From Eledone cirrhosa (taxonomy: Eukaryota), in contig OZ024740.1 of the NCBI GenBank assembly GCA_964016885.1, positions 382,540,001-382,604,000 on the forward strand: a DNA stretch of 64,000 nt, in the 5' to 3' direction. The notes under the pieces were generated by a model that was not told the origin of the DNA, did no database searches, and worked only from the letters and a program-made list of their open reading frames with translations. Each line of letters starts with the position of its first letter. Position 1 is the stretch's first letter. The position numbers and the translations under genes are program-made. Positions 58,619 through 64,000 of this stretch are shown piece after piece.

Positions 58619-61600
58619 ATAACCTCACTCAGAATAGGCAGCATAAATGTGCGTGGCTTGGGGTCGTCATGGAAGCAGGGCCACCTGCTCAACGACATCA
58701 TCACTAAACATTGATGTAGTAGCCATCAGCGAAACCAGAATCTCCGAAGCACGGGCCTTCGCACCGAACTTCGGCGGCTACGATGTGTACGCATCTCCCA
58801 GCCGTCCGGGATCGGGGGGAGGAGTTGCTATGCATTTTCGGAGAGGTTTGGACTCGCCATACGGGCCATCTTCGTGGACCCAGAAGGTAAGTTGTTGGTG
58901 CTGGACGTGACTAGAGGAGACGGGCAAGCTTTCAGGCTAGTGGCCGTCTATGCCCCGACAGGAGCAGGGCGGCCTGATTTCTTCTGGTGTCTGGAGACCT
59001 TTCAAAGAACGTCTCGCTCTTTAGTGTTAGTGGGTGTCCGGAACAGGATCTTAGATGCACGCTGGGATTGTGTGGGATTAGCGGATATGGTAGGAGGGGG
59101 CAAGAGCCTCACCAACCTGCTCAGGCATTTTGAACTGTTAGACAGGTACCGATTAGATTTCCCGAATGTGCCAATGTGGACTTGTACAAACCGCATCGGG
59201 TCATCCAGATCATATCTAGATAGAATATTTTGTAGGGAAATAGATAGGTCTAGCATAGGCTGTCCACAATTCAAGATAGTCAGCTACACGGACCACACAT
59301 TCGTGATCTGTGTGCTTGACTTAGATAGGCTTCATAGACGAGGACCCGGCTACTGGAAGCTAAACGCGTCCTTACCAGCGCGCAAGGCCTACATAGACCG
59401 GATTAGCGAACTAGTTAAGCGGGCGTTGACGGGGGCCATCGTCAACAACAAGTGGTGGTTTGCTCTGAAAAGAGCGATTAGAATAGAGTCCATTAGGTTT
59501 AGTAAGGCTTTAGCAATAGAGAAAAATAGAGCAGAGGGAGAACTCGTTAGAAAATTAGACGAAGCGCTTAGCAAAGGCATGGCGTACCGACGTACTTGCG
59601 GCGAAAATGGCCCTTGACCAATTTTTCAATGCAAAGCTCGAAGGCTTCGTTGTCAGAGCTAGAGTGCGTGCTCTCAGACACGATGGGACGAAAGCCGTTC
59701 AATGGGCCCGAGTGGCGAAGGCGCGTTGTGGCTACAAAGCCACAATCCGGTCTTTGGTGGACCACGACGGATGCATGCTACTCGATCCCGGGCAAATGTG
59801 TGAAGCTTTTCAGCGTCAATTCGCACAGCTGTTCGGGGGCAACGGCGAGCCGGATCGAGGGGTGGACTTTAGTGTCTACCTTGACGGACGGCCGCGGCTC
59901 TCGTCCACTGAGGCGGAGTGTTGCGAAAATCCCATACAGCCGCTGAAGTACGGGAGGAAATGACTGGCTGCACAAGGGTTAAATCGCCTGGTTTGGATGG
60001 TCTGCCCTATGAACTTTACGTATAGATGCCAGACTTGTTAGGAGGCCTCTTGGCGGACGTCTACTGCAACTGGCAACAGAACGGGAGAATTCCCAGCTCT
60101 GTGAGCCGAGGAGCGGTGGCACTGCTGAGAAAGGATCCGAACAAGGGGGATAACATAGATAATTTCAGGCCCATAACTCTGCTAAACACAGTTCAAGATT
60201 TTGGCCAAGGTGCTAGCAAAGTTGTTGGCGCTTGTCGTTGGTGGTCTGGTGGGGGAGGGGCAGACATATCCATCTACGACAACCTCCACCTCATGCGATA
60301 CATCGTAGAGAGGGTAGCTAGGTAACCTGGCACGGGTGGGCCCTTGATCAATTTAGATCAGTCGAAGTCTTTCGAATGTGTCGACCATCGTTACCTAGCG
60401 GCAGTCCTGAAGGTGGCTGGTTTTGGGCCCATCTTCAGAGGCTGGATCACTGCCATTCACATCGACATCTGCTCTGTGGTGAAAGTGAAAGGTCACCTTT
60501 CGGAACCGTTCAACATCATGAGCTCTGTCCGCCAAGGATATCCCCTCTCGTCCCTATTGTACGTATTGACTCTCGAGCCGTTACTGCACAAACTGGAGAC
60601 GTTGAGTTGGTTCCCGCGCGAACTAGGATGCGGAAGATCCGTGTCAGCATATGCGGACAATTTCACCGTAGTGGTGTCGAACGCCAAACACATCGAGGCG
60701 ATCGGCACTACACTTAAAGAATACGAAGCGGTGACAGGAGCAATAATCAACCAGGAAAAGTCAGTGGGCCTGCAGCTCGGCACATGGAGAGACTGGTCCA
60801 TGCCGTCCAACAGCGTCGTCGGGCGCTGGACGGACGGACCGGTTAAATTGCTAGGGGTCTGGTTCGGTCCGGACCTCCAGACGGACAAAAACTGGAATGA
60901 GGTGACGAGCAGGGTGGCTATTCTCACCCAGAAATGGTCGGAGAGGAAGCTATGCCTGAAATGTCGAGCGGAGGTGGCTAACGCGTACATCGCGTCCGTC
61001 ATCTACTACCGCCTGACCGTCGTACTTTGTCCTAAGCCCCGCCCCTACTACGCTGGAGCGTTTGCTCTTTCGCTTTTTGTGGAAGGGACGCGCTCCGATG
61101 GTCAGGCGGTCCATCTGCTGTCAACACCCGCTACGTGGAGGGCTGGGCATGCCGTGGCTGATGATGCGCAGGCACGCACTGAGGCTACGACATCTCCACT
61201 TCTTACTCGACGGTGATCAGGTGTGGTCGCGGTTTGCTAGACGCGTATTTCCCCAGCTCGTCTCCTTGACGGAGCTGCAGTCCAGCGATGACCGAGAGGG
61301 AGACTGAAATGTCTTCAGGCGCTCACAGCTCTCGACCAATGGGGCAATGACATCGGTGGAATCTCCACCTTGGCGTTCTATAGAGGATTAGTGGAGGAGA
61401 AAAGCGACGACGTACTTGGGGAAACTCTAGGCGTAGACGAAATTCAACTAGCCAATCTCTTCGGAAGAACTATCGGGCCGGGGCCTATGGACAACTTCCA
61501 GAAATCCCTGGCCTGGCAGTGCTACCGAGGAGCTTTGCCAGTTCGGGATAAACTCTACAGGCACGGAGGTGCCGTCAGCCGGGCATGTCCGAGATGCGCG

Positions 61601-61985
61601 CAGGGCGACGAAACCGTCCTGCACGCACTCGTCCGGTGTCCGAGCATTGCTGACTTGTGGGTTTATGTCGAACACCTGCTGTCGCGTGTAGGACGGATCC
61701 ATCTATCATCTGAGTCCATCGTGAGGATTGCCCCGCCCTCTTCCTTTAGCCGGGATTGGCAGGCATTTTTTATCTGCCTGGTGGCCATGGCGAAAGAGAT
61801 AGTATGGTGGACACGTTTGAAAGGGCTGAAGACGAGCACTTACCTCTTCGGTGATGCCCTGATTAACTTTTTCAAATTTCATTTTAGAGAGGGAAGTGCT
61901 CTCTTCCCAGCATTTTGTTGAAAAATGGGTGAGAAAGGCAAGAATGGCCCGAGTGAATGGGCCTACTCTGAGTATGTGTTGTAAA
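58619..61985 (+). pseudogene. Tx1 copy B ORF2, multiply disrupted (start ATG>ATA, YADD>YADN)
   Basis: Colinear with copy A ORF2. Confidence 0.92.
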
Positions 61986-62237
61986 TTAAAGGTGGAAAAC
62001 TGGGAGAGGGCACTTGCCCTGGTGGTCAGGGCCACTGTGGCTTTTTAATGGACTTTCTCCACGAATGTCCCTCGGAAGTCTCTCCCCTATAGGGGAATTT
62101 TTTCATTGTTCTATTATTACATCCTCTGTTTTTTTTGATTTTTTTACACGCAGAAATGCCCATTTGTACCGTCCACTATTGTCCTGTACTGACCTTAATG
62201 TCTACTTTGTCTAAACCCTTGCGGTTAATAAAGAAAG

Positions 62238-62280
<43 letters not shown>

Positions 62281-63334
62281 GCATATTTGCAATTAAATTA
62301 ATTGTTTCTACTTTTGGCACAAGGCCAGCATTAACCAGTGTATTACTTGTACTTTATTTTATCGAATCCGTAAGGATGAAAGGCAAAGTTAACCTCGGCG
62401 GGATTTTAACTCAGAATTGGAATTAAATTAATGATTGCTATTTAAGGACTGAAAGCTGATATGAAAAAAGTAAATATGAAAAGTGAAATAAAGATATGAA
62501 TTCCGAAAAAAGAATAAAACAACAAATGGCGTAAAAAGTGAAAGCAAAAAATGCAGAAATCAATGAATGAAAGTATGACAAGAAGAAAATGTAGCAGTTT
62601 AAGTGAACATAAGAAAGAAAGCAAATAAAGCCTGGAGTTAACACAACTACACTGGAGTGAATTATCTGAACATATCATTTTCAAGAAGACACTCATGAAT
62701 TCTAATTGACATGATGTGAATCAATTCATATTTAGATAGACACTACCAAGCGCGTTTGGAAGGAGTGTATGTATGCCTGTATGTCTGTCTGTATGTATGT
62801 AAGTATTATGTATTTCTGGTTTCATAATTTTATAACTTTTGCTAATGTACATATTGTCAGCTTCTAGCATGGAAACAAAACTCTTTCATTGGAATTTAGA
62901 CAACATCAACTAGGTATATATGTATCCATGTCGGCATGCGTGCGTATGTGTGCAGCTATGGTTGTTATTGTATGTGTGGATGTAAATGTTTTTAGTTATA
63001 CGTGTACATATGCATATGTTTTGTCTTTGTACATGTGTATATGCAGTAATTGCATGCAGTATTTTTATATAAGTTTTACATATTTTTACTGTTCCATTAA
63101 TGAGTTGTACATTTAATTTCCTAACTTGTCGTGTACTTTCTGGTTCTGTGAAGCTCAGCTTCTCAAGTTTTGTACTGAAGCAGTTACTATCATATCTCAG
63201 TGCCCCAATAATCACAGGTATAGTCAGGGTGGAGAACTTGCAGATTGCTCATTAGTTCTATATAGATATTCTCACAATCAAAAATCCTTTCGATGGATTG
63301 CATTTTATAGTGTTTTGGCCACTCCAGCCTGCCT

Positions 63335-63960
63335 CGAAGGTAGATAGTATCGTGATGACTTATTTCGACAGCTGCTTATGACATGGGTGACATCTCCGAT
63401 ACTAATTCTGCAGAGTCTGCATTTGTCTAGGCGTTTGTCGGCATTTCTATCACCCTTGTGAATCAGGTTTTTTAAAATATTGATTTCCTGTTCTTGGATT
63501 GCAAAAGCATATCCTTCAATGTGAGAGACAATACAGTGGTTATTGGTCCAAGGTAAGCTACTTATCTATATTATTCTTGCTCTGTAGCCTCCTGGCAACA
63601 TACCCATGCATGAATCTTTGCTGGAAAGCTTGTAGCTTTTCATCCATCGTTCGTTACGTTATTCCTGGTCAATTTCCCTACATGTGAGGTTTGATTATCA
63701 TGCAGGCAGTATCTTTCCCGACGTTCCCTTCCAATTCTCATGATATTATCTGTTTCATGTAGACAGTCTGCTCAATAGGTGGGCTCCTTGGATGTTCGTA
63801 GATATTGTCGGAGAGATATGATGCGACACCCAAATGCTGCCTAGCCTGATGTTAAATATACGCCTCCCTGCTTACGTTGCAATTAGATGCCGTTTATGCC
63901 ACTGTTGATGGGGAGGTTCCTCGTATTACTACCATCCTGTGACACAAATATGGGTCCTTC
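63335..63960 (-). mobile_element. Fragment of a second R4-clade family (post-RT and CCHC region)
   Basis: Hand translation: EGYAFAIQEQEIN..DKCRLCRISIGDVTHVISSCRNKSSRYYLP. Confidence 0.75.
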
Positions 63961-64000
63961 ACATTTCTTGATGAGAAAGGAGAAATATTCCCCTATGATA

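Larger units (their letters stand above)
56249..62239 (+). mobile_element. Tx1/L1-clade LINE copy B, near full length, more decayed
   Basis: Long ORF1 with CFRCGSKTHLRAFC knuckle; ORF2 and 3'UTR highly similar to copy A; (ATT)n flanks. Confidence 0.93.

Overview
AT-rich, repeat-saturated eukaryotic DNA, most likely cephalopod (Octopus-like; inferred from the SINE types and microsatellite load). No intact host protein-coding gene is visible, and almost all ORF-track hits are microsatellite translations. Two zones stand out. (1) About 2-41.5 kb: (TA)n tracts packed with Penelope-like retroelement (PLE) remnants (RT and GIY-YIG fragments) and short non-coding pseudo-LTR-like modules, often as palindromes or terminally redundant units. 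Reading by eye I find roughly 35 type-I hammerhead ribozyme (HHR) motifs, intact or degenerate, in about 20 sequence-unrelated families. Many have palindromic stem III, several have the compensatory U3-A8 core, others have U4 variants or very long stem II. A non-autonomous Helitron and tRNA-derived SINEs also lie here. (2) About 41.8-64 kb: decayed LINEs (RTE, R4/Dong, two near-full-length Tx1/L1-clade copies), several nested in (ATT)n. A textbook recursive-splice-site motif at 659-682 hints that the window may be inside a giant + strand intron. All RNA folds were done by eye, and coordinates of decayed elements are approximate.
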